The translations under genes were made by a program, and so were the position numbers. A stretch of 64,000 nucleotides of DNA from Chrysomallon squamiferum (taxonomy: Eukaryota; Animalia; Mollusca), in the NCBI GenBank assembly GCA_012295275.1, contig CM022670.1:31806001-31870000 (forward strand), given 5' to 3'. Below are positions 11,272 to 22,113 of this stretch, piece after piece (the stretch's first letter is position 1; each line of letters starts with the position of its first letter). Below the pieces are notes generated by a model. It ran no database searches, had not been told where the DNA came from, and saw nothing but the letters and a program-made list of their open reading frames with translations.

Positions 11272-12474
11272 ATGGCAAAACTAGTCATTTTGATCTGTGG
11301 TGGCGGAAATGGAGCTCATACAGCAGCCGGTCTCGCAGCATCTCGCGAGAACATGGAGTCTCGAGTTTTGACTCTATATCAGGACGAGGCGGAACGATGG
11401 ACCAATATCATGAAAGAAAATGACTTTGTTGTCACAGTCCAAGGCAAGAACAACCAATCTACGGAAATAAAAGCTAAACCAGTGATTGTTTCAAAGGACC
11501 CTGCCGCAGTGGTCCCAGGCGCACATATTATAATATTCACCATGCCAGCATTCGCTCATGCGTCTTACTTTCAAGCTATTGAGCCTCATTTGAAGCCAGG
11601 TACCACTGTTGTAGGGATGCCAGGGCAGCCAGGATTTGAGTTCCAGTGCTTCGATGTTTTGAAGGATAAAGCTAGGTCCTGCACAGTTATGTCGTTTGAG
11701 TCTCTTCCGTGGGCAACACGCATTTTGGAATTTGGAAAAAAAGTCCAAATTCTTGGCACTAAGAATTCTCTTCAAGGCAGCATGATAAAAAGTAAAACCA
11801 GTCCACAATTCGATCCCTTAGAGAGCATGCAAAAGGTTCTCGGAACTAACCCTGTTTTGAAGCAGACAAGCAACTACCTGGAGCCATACTTGTTAACAAA
11901 ATCAATCGTACACCCGCCAATTATGTTCGGAAGATGGAAGGATTGGGATGGAAAACCTCTCGACAAAGCTCCTCTGTTTTATCAAGGTGTTGATGAAACG
12001 GCAGCAAAATACTTGTCCGGTGTTGCAGACGAACTAATGGCAACAGCTAAAGCTTTCCAAACGAAAAATCCAAAACTGGACATGTCACATGTAATTCATC
12101 TGACCGACTGGTATCGACAAGATTACGCTGATGACATCAAAGACAAGACAAACTTGATGACCTGTCTACAAACAAATGCTGCATACGATGGTCTTCTTCA
12201 CCCAGTGATAGAGAAGGATGGAAAATTTTTACCAAACTTTGGACACCGTTATTTAGTTGAGGACGTACCCAATGGTCTGGTTGTCACAAAAGGATTGGGT
12301 CTTATTGCTGGAGTCGACACACCATACAGCGATGAGGTGCTTCTCTGGTGTCAGAAGACAATGGGGAAAGAGTACTTAATAGACGGCCAGCTAAAAGGAA
12401 AAGATGTGAAAGATACACGTTGTCCTCAGCGATATGGGTACAACACCATTGACGACTTGGTCAAATTGCTTTAA
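11272..12474 (+). CDS. tadh: Tauropine dehydrogenase-like opine dehydrogenase, copy 3, 400 aa (canonical motifs)
   Basis: ICGGGNGAH, MPAFAHASY, GMPGQPGFEFQC, SFESLPW, TKSIVHPPIMFGRWKDWDG, PLFYQG, AYDGLLHP, RYLVEDVPNG and TRCPQRYG closely resemble gastropod tauropine dehydrogenase as recalled. Acceptor ttatttttcAG at 11250-11251; ATG at 11272. Confidence 0.92.
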   Translation: MAKLVILICGGGNGAHTAAGLAASRENMESRVLTLYQDEAERWTNIMKENDFVVTVQGKNNQSTEIKAKPVIVSKDPAAVVPGAHIIIFTMPAFAHASYFQAIEPHLKPGTTVVGMPGQPGFEFQCFDVLKDKARSCTVMSFESLPWATRILEFGKKVQILGTKNSLQGSMIKSKTSPQFDPLESMQKVLGTNPVLKQTSNYLEPYLLTKSIVHPPIMFGRWKDWDGKPLDKAPLFYQGVDETAAKYLSGVADELMATAKAFQTKNPKLDMSHVIHLTDWYRQDYADDIKDKTNLMTCLQTNAAYDGLLHPVIEKDGKFLPNFGHRYLVEDVPNGLVVTKGLGLIAGVDTPYSDEVLLWCQKTMGKEYLIDGQLKGKDVKDTRCPQRYGYNTIDDLVKLL

Positions 12475-13062
12475 TTCTTTTTCAGAAATAACATTCAGTA
12501 ATTTCACGGTATATATACCATTTATGAATGCTTTAAGATTTTTCTTATTTTCCTTCATTATATTCCTTATGAAAAAAAAGATACTTTAATATTCCGATAC
12601 GGAATATCGGGTTGTTCCAATTTTAAAATTGCTTTAAAGTCGAATACGTGTAACAACCATTTATGTTGTTTTGTGTTTGTCTTGTGGTTCTAAGGTATCA
12701 GTGAGCTCAGATTTTATAGTTGAATGAAATACTGCGTTAGGTCTGGTTTTCTAGCATCAGCATTTACATATTCAATCCTACAATGTTATTATAAATAATA
12801 ATAATAATAAAATAACTTTCAAGTTTTCAGAAATTCATGTTTTTATATTTTTTCCGTTGTATTTATATTTTTGTGAAATAAATTATACATTTTATTCAGT
12901 ATTAATCAAATGTTGATTTTTGTGTCATTCATTGTTTGAAATATATTTATATATATATTTTTTCTTTATAGTAATTTTAAAGATAAAAGGCAGTCTGTAG
13001 TTAAAGTCGACAGTTCCTAAAGCGATTAACTGAATAATTACGGTATATGTACATACAGTCGT

Positions 13063-13140
13063 GTGCGAGCATGTATGTGTAAGTGCGAGTATGTATGTGT
13101 AAGTGCGAGCATGTATGTGTAAGTGCGAGTATGTATGTGT
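13063..13140. repeat. 20-bp minisatellite, about 4 copies (GTGCGAGYATGTATGTGTAA)
   Basis: Directly visible; alternating C/T variant. Confidence 0.9.
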
Positions 13141-13272
13141 GTGAATTACTGCTAAATTTTGATAATGTGTACAGAAACCATATACATTTAGCTAAAATAT
13201 GAATACTTTTATTTGTTAATTTTATTCGTAAAATGCCAATAGTGGTAGTAGTAATAATAATAATAATAATAG

Positions 13273-13303
<31 letters not shown>

Positions 13304-13749
13304 CAAATAAATAAATAAATAAATAAAAACTTATCTAACTATATCTGGAAATAAAACGAATTAGTGTGTTTTATATTTTACTAATAGCGATAGAAACGTA
13401 TCACATTATTATCATAATACTCGCATGTTCCCCGTTTTTAAAGCTTGTTAAAACCGAAAACTCACTGAGTTTCAGTATTTTGCTATTTGAGTGATAAATG
13501 TAAATTATCCAAAATAACCTCAAATAAAATTTTTTTAGCAGTGAGAACTTTAAAAAACTAAAACCAAAAAAAAAAATTAAAAAATTAAAAAGTAAAAAAC
13601 AACGATAAACCTAATAATATTTAAAAAAAAAAGAATTAACAATAAAAAGAGAAAGAAAAATAAAGGTAAAAGCTGTAAAAGGTCCATTTTTGAAGATATG
13701 TCAGTCTGTACCATTTCCAGATAATAATACCGTCTCTGCCAGTTTTTAC

Positions 13750-13838
13750 TATAAAGTGGAAGGACGATACTGATAGTTTTTACACAGACAAAATATCAGT
13801 TAAGTTGTCTGAGCTACAGAGAAAGCGAAAGGTACGTG
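13750..13838 (+). promoter_or_regulatory. Candidate core promoter and non-coding first exon of copy 4
   Basis: TATAAAG at 13750, Inr-like TCAGTT at 13796, donor-like AAG|GTACGT at 13832; no ATG in the putative exon. Confidence 0.35.
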
Positions 13839-13890
13839 ACTGTTACCGTCAAAACTAGTCAAAAGGCAAAGAAAGTCTACTATGAAGTCA

Positions 13891-13894
<4 letters not shown>

Positions 13895-13937
<43 letters not shown>

Positions 13938-14045
13938 TGAAGGTGTCATAGTTAGGCTACTGCTATATAATTGTAGCTGAATGTTTATGAGGATGATTCC
14001 TATTTTTGTAAATCAAACTGAATGATTTTATTATCTTGATTTGTT

Positions 14046-14097
<52 letters not shown>

Positions 14098-14100
14098 TTA
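13895..14100. repeat. (GT)n and (ATTT)n microsatellites
   Basis: Directly visible. Confidence 0.9.
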
Positions 14101-14477
14101 AATTAGTTGTTTAATAGTTTATTCATTCATTTATTAAACTTTATTTTTATACCTCCTTTCAAGTACTATTATAATTAATATAAACATATTGTCATCCTAA
14201 AAAGAAAAAGAAAAATGTTCTAGAAGTAAAGTCTTGGAGTTTGGTAGTATCATAGGAGTCACAGAAGGAAATGACGTCACAATAAGTTGTTACTAATAAG
14301 CAACTTGTTAACGTAACCAGGAATAAAATGTTCAGCGATTACACAGAATCGAGTTATGGTAAATAATCTGAATGCATATTTAGAAAACATTTTATACAAT
14401 ACCTTTATATACGTACGTTTATGGATGATGTACAAGTGTATCGTACGTATATATGTCTTTTGTATGTATTTGTGTGT

Positions 14478-14570
14478 GTGTATGTATGTTTATATATATG
14501 TGTGTTGCATGTCTCTATGTATGTATGTTTATATATATGTGTGTGTTGCATGTCTCTATGTATGTATGTT
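14478..14570. repeat. About 40-bp tandem repeat TGTATGTATGTTTATATATATGTGTGTTGCATGTCTCTA
   Basis: Slightly more than two copies visible. Confidence 0.85.
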
Positions 14571-15190
14571 AATATGTATGCGCTTAACATGTCGTTAAGA
14601 AAAAACAAACTGAAATCCGATCTACTGCATTAAACTGCTATCAGACAATATTAAAGAAATTTAATAATTATTTTTGTACAGTATATTCATGCCAGTCAGA
14701 AGACGAAAGTTATTATGAGGAACCAGAGGAAAATACCAAAGAGAAACAAGATACAGTAGAAACTTCTTTACAGAAAGAATTAGGTTTGTATCGTTTATCA
14801 GTACGATATATAAATTTAACTGTAATTTAGAATATATGTATTATTTCTCTCAGTCTCTCACTTTCTCTTTCTCTCTCCCAGCTAATAATAAATCCAGAAT
14901 AACAATTTCAAGAAAACACTGGAATTATAGCGTACCCACAGGTTCATCCAACCCATGATTACTGACGTATTTTTAACAATATTAACAGTCTGAATATGCT
15001 CAAAGAACAAGCAGAACAATAACATCAAATAACAGGTGAAATAGCAACGTTAGCAATAGAATTAATAATGATAATAACACAGTAGTAGTAGTAGTTGTTG
15101 CTGTAGCAGTAGCAGTAGTAGCAGTAGATGAAGTAATAGTAGTAGTAGTAGTAATAAAGTACAAATTTATTTCAGATCTAACATCAGACT

Positions 15191-16398
15191 ATGCGACACC
15201 AGAACTGGTAGTTTTGGTTTGTGGTAAAGGTAATGGCGCACACGCTCTAGCGGGCATCACATCATTTCGCGAGAACACAGAGACTCGTGTCTTGACATTA
15301 CCTCAAGCAGAAGCAAAGAAATGGGCTCGCATACTAAAGAAATACGATTTCATTGTCTCAGTGGTTTGTGAAAGCAACGAGCCCATACTGATCAAAGCTA
15401 AGCCAAAGATCGTCTCATGCAATCCAGCTGAAGTTGTTCCCGGATCTCATTTGATTATCTTACCCATTTCACCATTTATTCATGAAAAGTATTTCCGCGC
15501 CATTGAGCCATATTTGGAACCTGATACAATTATAGTTGGAATGCCAGGAAATCCTGGGTTTGAATTCCAGTGTTTCGATATTTTGAAGGAGAAAGCACGA
15601 TTGTGCACAATCGTATCTCTAGAATCATTTCCGTGGACATCACGAATTCGAGAATTTGGTAAACATGTAGAAATTCTGGAAATTAAGGAGTCGCTTTTCA
15701 TGAGTATAATTAACGGTAAAAGCAATCCACAATTCAATCCATTACGATGCACTGAGAAGATTATAGGAACGAAACCTGTGCTGACTCTCACCAACAACTA
15801 TTTAGAGTCCTACTTGATGACAAAAACCATAATTCATCCTGCAGTTATGTGTGGAAAATGGAAAGGATGGGATGGAAAACCTCTCCGTAAACTTTCTCTT
15901 TTCTATCGCGAACTAGACGAAAAAGCTGCAGAGTACTTGATAGGAATTTCTGATGAAATAATAGCGATCGCAAAAGCTCTACAAAGCAACAGCTCATCAC
16001 TGGATATGTCGAACGTTTCACATCTGCTCGACTGGTATCGCAGCAGATACTACTGCGAGGCAGAGGATAATACGGAACTGTTGTCCTGTCTTTCAAGACA
16101 CTCAGATTTCAAGTTTTATATCCACCCCATGATCGACAAGGAAGGAGACCTAGAGCCAAACTTCAGACACAGATATTTGCTCGAAGATGTGCCCAATGGA
16201 CTTGTTGTCTTGAAGGGTCTTGGTCTTATTACTGGTGTGTACACGCATTACATTGATGAAGTACTCGCTTGGTGTCAGAACGTAATGGGCAAGGAATACA
16301 TGGTTGGACTGGAGTTAAAAGGAAAGGATATCGAAGAGACGCGATGTCCTCAACGTTACAATTTCAACACTATTGAAGATTTGGTTAGTTATATCTGA
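15191..16398 (+). CDS. Opine dehydrogenase family protein, copy 4; start codon out of frame (recent pseudogene, 1-bp assembly error, or upstream-exon start)
   Basis: Frame is open from the acceptor (AG 15174-15175) to TGA 16398 with VCGKGNGAH, GMPGNPGFEFQC, TKTIIHPAVMCGKW and RYLLEDVPNG. The only nearby ATG (15191) reads ATG CGA CAC CAG AAC TGG TAG; adding one G gives MATPELVVLVCGKG. Confidence 0.8.
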
Positions 16399-16588
16399 TT
16401 GTTTAAATAGTTCGCAAATATAGGTTCTAACTAATAGCAGCTTGTACAGACATGTTTACGATTTATGGTAAAACAACTGTCCCACTTTTGAGCAATATGT
16501 TCGTAAAAATATGGGCTTATCAAAAAGAAATTGGTACTTGTATTGTGATTTGTGTAAAATTTCAGGCAAATCTTTGCCTCGTTAACAA

Positions 16589-16643
<55 letters not shown>

Positions 16644-17129
16644 TAAAAATACGATCTTGATAATGAGTATATATTAATTCTTAATATGACTGAAATTTCG
16701 GATGATCTTTTATGTCACTGTTATCAGTGATAAAAGAAATTAACAGTCAAGACGTTTGAAAGTTGTTTAACAGAAACACTTTTATAGAACATTCCATTTT
16801 TTTTTTATTTGATTTTTTTATTGGAATCCAGTACTTGAATATTATAGTCACAGTATACCATTATTATACATTGTTCTTTATTTTCAAATATAATCAAGAA
16901 TTAAGTAAAATAATGGCATACCGTGAAGATAAATATTAAGTAATGGATTCCGAGAACGTCATATAGGGGTACCAATCTCTCCTTTCCTTTTGAAATATAG
17001 AGATGGCATTAATAGGGCCTACAAGCCATAGTAATACAATTAATTTTTAAACCTGTTGAAATTAAGAATATTAAAGCATTAGGCATATCAAAGAGAGACC
17101 TAATGTCAAGTTGTAACAGATTTAAATTA

Positions 17130-17938
17130 CCGTATATACTTGTGTACAAGGCCACCTTATGTATAAGTCGATGTGTATTTTAAGACCAAAAATTGCGTCA
17201 TTTTAGGTATTACTTGTGTATAAGTCGACTGTAGATTCCAGGCACCGTCACTATTTTTAGACCAGTGTGACAGTGCCACGAAAGCCTACATTGTACGCCT
17301 ACTGTAACATAACTTGCACGAGCTGTAGCTTGCACGAACATACCATAATAACGTAAATGCATGTATTACACGAGCTATAGCCTAAATGTATCATAAATAG
17401 TATCTCTTTAATGTAATAGGTCTAACATGGAGACCTAACTTACCGTTATATTTAGCCGTTCTATGATTTACAAAATTTGTCGGTAGTGGATATTAATGAC
17501 GATTGCAATATTATTTCACCAAATTCTTTACAATTAAACAAGTGAGTTTTGTTTATGAAATTAGGACCGATATTTAGTGCAATTTGGCAGAGAAGTCTGC
17601 ATTCCTAGATCATTGCAAGACGCCGTAAGGCATAACGCCGTACTGACGGTTTTCTCGCTTTAAAATGTATTTTTATGTCATTAAACGGAAGAATATCATG
17701 TTTTACATTCATATTTGGTTTTGTTATTAAATTTTTCAAAAAATTTTATACGATAAAATTATATTTTTGAAAAGCTGAAAGACCGCGATTATTTTAGATG
17801 CATCCCGTAGCAAAAAATAGTCAAAATGGCGACTCTTCAGTAACAGCTACAAAAGCATTACCTATGTATCAGTCGACCCCCAAAATATTACCTTAATATA
17901 GTCTCCCAAAAATTCGACTTATACACAAGTATATACGG
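17130..17938. mobile_element. Non-autonomous Tc1/mariner-superfamily (pogo/Tc2-type) element, 809 bp
   Basis: Ends read TA|CCGTATATACTTGTGTACAAG ... CTTATACACAAGTATATACGG|TA, with a TA target duplication at 17128-17129 and 17939-17940. Subterminal GTATAAGTCGA copies at 17161 and 17218 and a variant at about 17866. No transposase ORF. Confidence 0.9.
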
Positions 17939-18006
17939 TATGCTCTGCCATTTGACAGTTTAAGTATCATATATCAGTGTTAGAATAAACATTATGTAAT
18001 TTTTGA

Positions 18007-20646
18007 CACGTAAATATGTTAGTTCTGCAAAACTGAAATTATCCTAGAAAACATGGCTAGATCAGTACTGATATATATATTTATCAAAGTGCCATTGATA
18101 TGAATATCCATTCAAATTCTTATGTGTTGTAATTATTTTTCAGAAGTTAGCTACCTTAATAAATTTGTTGTAGGTGTATTTCATGTTAATGACGGATTCA
18201 GCGTTATTGTTTTGAAGATAATGGAATTTAAAAGCTTTTTTTTTTTTTTTTTTTTGTATGTGTGTAATAGATAGCATGATTGCTGTAGTAATCTCTTCTA
18301 TTGTTACAGTTGTAACTAATAAATATTTAAGTACTTGATCCCATCCCCTAATAATTTCTGAAATGCCCCTTCACGTAGCTTGTAACCTGAATGTTAATCA
18401 AGATGTATGTCAGTAGGTCGGGCCTGGAGAGGAGTCAAGAATTGCTAGGAAGGGGGATAACGCTTTCTTAACTTGGAAATTTTCCAGAATATAAAGTACA
18501 GACCTGAAAGATGTAAAGAAAAAATTGGCCATCGCGATCAATACACGCAAACACAAGCATAACCGTAAACGCACATTCTAAAATGTTTATACGTGTCTAT
18601 GCATTTAAAGTAAAATAATAAGTGTGAGTATGCATTTAGAAAACAAACTATCAAGAATAAAAACAAACAAACAAACCAGCTTGTGTCTGTTTGGTTCATG
18701 GACGATCTGCGTTCTCTTAGTTGTACATAATGTATTCAACACACCAAGGTTAAACTATGAATAAAACCCACTCAGAAATCAATGAAGGTTAAGCGCGTTT
18801 TGTGGCAGGGATATTACGAGAAAACTGAGTGAGGTACGTGAAGTCTAGTTAACTGTTATTTTTGTAGAACTCTGGGAAGAAGGCTGAATATAGATTGATA
18901 TATTTGATGAAAACTCTATCGACAAAACGGTTGATTTAACAGCTAACACTGAATTCAGTAGTATCAGTTTTGGGGTAAAACAGGGTTTAAAATTTGTTAC
19001 AATATTGCGACGAAGCATTGGATTTCGTCCGCGTACACGTAATAATGGCCTGATTACTGGTCCATTGTTAGTTAAAGTTAGTCTAACAAGTAACATTATC
19101 CCGGTCAGAATAAATTCAGAAAAATCTCCATCGTAAACAGGTATATCCCTATTTTTCGAAAAGAAGTGGACACAACTAATGGGATTCAACGACTGATGTG
19201 ACTTTCAGCAGAAATATATCCTCGTTGTTATTGTCACAGGTCGTGCTAGTGGAATGTTGCTCACACTTGCATTTATCTTTGTCGCTCTCCCATTACCCGT
19301 CCATATCACTATACAGCTAGTTGTGGGGTTGTTAAATGCTAGTTCAGAATAACTGCCACGGTATTTCATCATTGTAATAATAATAATAAAGAAAGAAAAA
19401 TCAGTAGTTTTATATTTTTGTCCATAATTGTATTATTAAATTTAATATCATATTTATCAGGAATTTACCACCACTGGTGGATGTGCAGCACTCACCTTGC
19501 ACTCATGATCCACGTGTGTTTACTTAACTTCGTAGGTGTTGGGTAAATTGTCTGTGATGCATTGCACATTATCTTCAGTGTGTCTTCGTGTTCAAGCATG
19601 CAACTTTACAAATGAGCAGTTGTCAGTGGACTCTGTTGTTCACATTGATTAACTGGTTTTTGTTGTTGTTGGCATTCTTGTTTTAGGTCAACCTCCAAGG
19701 TGAGAGAGTTGATTCGTACACTGTAAACAACATACGCAGTAGGGCTTCGCTAACAAACTGCAGATTACGTATGTCAAAGAGAGCTTCTATAAATGCCGCA
19801 GTATTAAGGTTTTTAAAGGTGTAGGTGCGACGCATTTCTCGTTTTATTTATATTTATTTTTCTTGGAGAATTTAGATCTATGCAGTGCAGAATCTAAATA
19901 CATGCATACATACATATACTCAAAATATATCTTAAAGAATTAGTATTAAGATTAAAGAGTTAACGTAAACAGTGAATTAACAACTTGAGATAAGTAGACA
20001 ATACTTTATTATTATGTCTTATATTGAAGTACATCCATTGAAATTCAACAAGAAGTAAGCGCTATGTACACCATAAATGTTGAGCACGCTGTATTAAGCA
20101 AAAACTTTTAAACATTTTAAACAATTCTGTTTTGGTGGAACTGCAATCACGGTGGCTGAATTAATTTGATTTACATTGATTATGTGCATTCTCTTTAAAA
20201 CATAATTAAATTAACTATTCGACTGTGTATCAATGTACGTTTAGATAACAGTTTAATATGTGACATTGTCTAATAGCAGGCCTGTGTGCATGAATAAAAC
20301 CTTTGCGTGGGTCAGTGTTTCATGGATAATTAATCAAAATATGGAAATATTTCAAAAGGGATGCAGTTTCTGAATAGTTATGAAATTACAGTTTACCAGA
20401 ACATGTAGAAACTAACTGTATCTCATGGTAAATGTCAAGTATAGAAACTACACGTAACAGTAAATTATATAAAATTTAAGTTAAGCTGTATGTTGTTACT
20501 ATTATTGCAGCGAAATTGTGACATAAAAACATAACTCTTTAAAACTTTATTTTGTATTTGCATTATTTTTTACTTTAAAATAAAATCTTAATAAAACGTG
20601 TTACATAATTTCTTTGTTCCCGTCGTTCTGAATACGTTTTTACGTG
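18007..20646. promoter_or_regulatory. Cluster of HRE-like TACGTG/CACGTA motifs upstream of copy 5
   Basis: TACGTG or its complement at 18007, 18372, 18590, 18835, 19036, 20451 and 20641, plus CACGTG at 19511 and AACGTG at 20595. Confidence 0.3.
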
Positions 20647-20904
20647 TGTGCAAATATATTTGTGTTTTGAAAATAAATGATAGTGCATTTACAAGCATTG
20701 TAATTAATCAGTTAGTGATATCACGTTTTTTTTGTCTTAATTTCAATTAAATATTAAACATTATTTCATTAATAGGCCTAATTGTTGTATGTGTGCATAC
20801 ATAGGAGAGAATATATAATTTGTTTTAAATTAAAAAATTTTACATTATCAATTCTTGAATATCTTATTTTTATTTTCCATGCATTTTTGTTGTAGACCGC
20901 AATA

Positions 20905-22113
20905 ATGGAAAACCCAAAAGTGAATGTTTTAATCTGTGGAGGTGGAAATGCTGCTCATGTGGCGACAGGACTCGCTTCATCCTGTAACAATTTGAAAACC
21001 AGTGTCTTAACACTATACAGCGACGAAGCTGAACGATGGGCAAACAGTCTGAAAGATAATGACTTCATTGTCCTTAAGATTAATCCAGATGGAAGCAAGA
21101 CTCCATTAAAATCAAAACCAGAACTCGTAACAAAAGATCCAGTTGAATGTGTACCTTCTGCAAATGTCATAATATTTGCAATGCCAGCATTTGCTCATGA
21201 AACATATCTCATAGCTATTGAGCCATACATAAAAGAAAATGTGACTATAGTCGGACTTCCAGGACAACCTGGCTTTGAATTCCAATGTTTCCACATACTG
21301 AAATCTAAAGCCAAGCAATGCACCATTATGTCATTTGAAACATTGCCTTGGGCCTGCCGAATTTCTGAATTTGGTAAAAGTGTTGACCTTCTGGGAGTCA
21401 AACAGACTCTTTCTGCATCCATCTTAAAAGGTCAAAGCAAACCAAGTTATTCACCCTTAGATGTCCTGCAAGTGATTATGGGTGAGAAACCGAATTTGAA
21501 AATTGCTGAGAACTACTTAGAAATGAGTCTTTTCTTTGCTATGGTTCATCCAGCTCTTATGTATGGGAAGTGGAAAGATTGGGATGGGAATCCTCTGGAT
21601 GAAAAACCCTTATTTTATCAAGGAGTGGATTCGATCCAAGTGAAGTATGTAGATGGAATCAGTACAGAAATGATAGAAACAGCCAGAGCAATTACAAAAA
21701 AAAGACCTAATATAAATCTGTCAGGATGCATTCATATCTTTGACTGGTTTAAGAAGTATTACAGTCATTCTATTGCTGACAAGAGCAGTCTTTTGTCATG
21801 TATGAAAACCAATAGGGCATATGATGGTCTGACACATCCAATGAAAGAAGTCGAAGATGGAAAGTTTGTACCTGATTTCAACTATCGTTATCTCACTGAG
21901 GACATCCCTTTTGGGTTAGCTGTCACAAAGGGTTTGGCAGAAATTGCTGGTTATGACACACCAGTAACAGATGAGGTAATGGTTTGGTGCCAGGAAAAAA
22001 TTGGTAAAGAGTATCTTGTTGATCAACAATTGAAGGGAAAAGACTTGTCTGATACAAGAGCACCTCAGAGATTTGGATTTCGTACTCTAGATGATCTGGA
22101 AGCTTTGATGTAA
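20905..22113 (+). CDS. Opine dehydrogenase, copy 5, 402 aa (distinct subtype; octopine/alanopine/strombine-type possible)
   Basis: ICGGGNAAH, MPAFAHETY, GLPGQPGFEFQC, SFETLPWACRI, FFAMVHPALMYGKWKDWDG, PLFYQG, AYDGLTHP and PDFNYRYLTEDIPFG. Acceptor tttttgttgtAG at 20894-20895. Confidence 0.95.
   Translation: MENPKVNVLICGGGNAAHVATGLASSCNNLKTSVLTLYSDEAERWANSLKDNDFIVLKINPDGSKTPLKSKPELVTKDPVECVPSANVIIFAMPAFAHETYLIAIEPYIKENVTIVGLPGQPGFEFQCFHILKSKAKQCTIMSFETLPWACRISEFGKSVDLLGVKQTLSASILKGQSKPSYSPLDVLQVIMGEKPNLKIAENYLEMSLFFAMVHPALMYGKWKDWDGNPLDEKPLFYQGVDSIQVKYVDGISTEMIETARAITKKRPNINLSGCIHIFDWFKKYYSHSIADKSSLLSCMKTNRAYDGLTHPMKEVEDGKFVPDFNYRYLTEDIPFGLAVTKGLAEIAGYDTPVTDEVMVWCQEKIGKEYLVDQQLKGKDLSDTRAPQRFGFRTLDDLEALM

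Noticed and set aside
13063-13140. Regular short repeats considered as CRISPR (also 39830-40220)
   Set aside because: Head-to-tail units without unique spacers, no cas genes, eukaryotic context.
6579-21422. Minus-strand ORFs overlapping copies 2-5, some sharing KHWNSxPGxPG
   Set aside because: The similarity is simply the reverse complement of the conserved PGxPGFEFQC coding sequence.
1-22113. Bacterial contamination or an operon (intronless, co-oriented genes)
   Set aside because: Splice acceptors, polyA signals, microsatellites, animal-type transposons and multi-kb spacers, continuous with an intron-rich gene.
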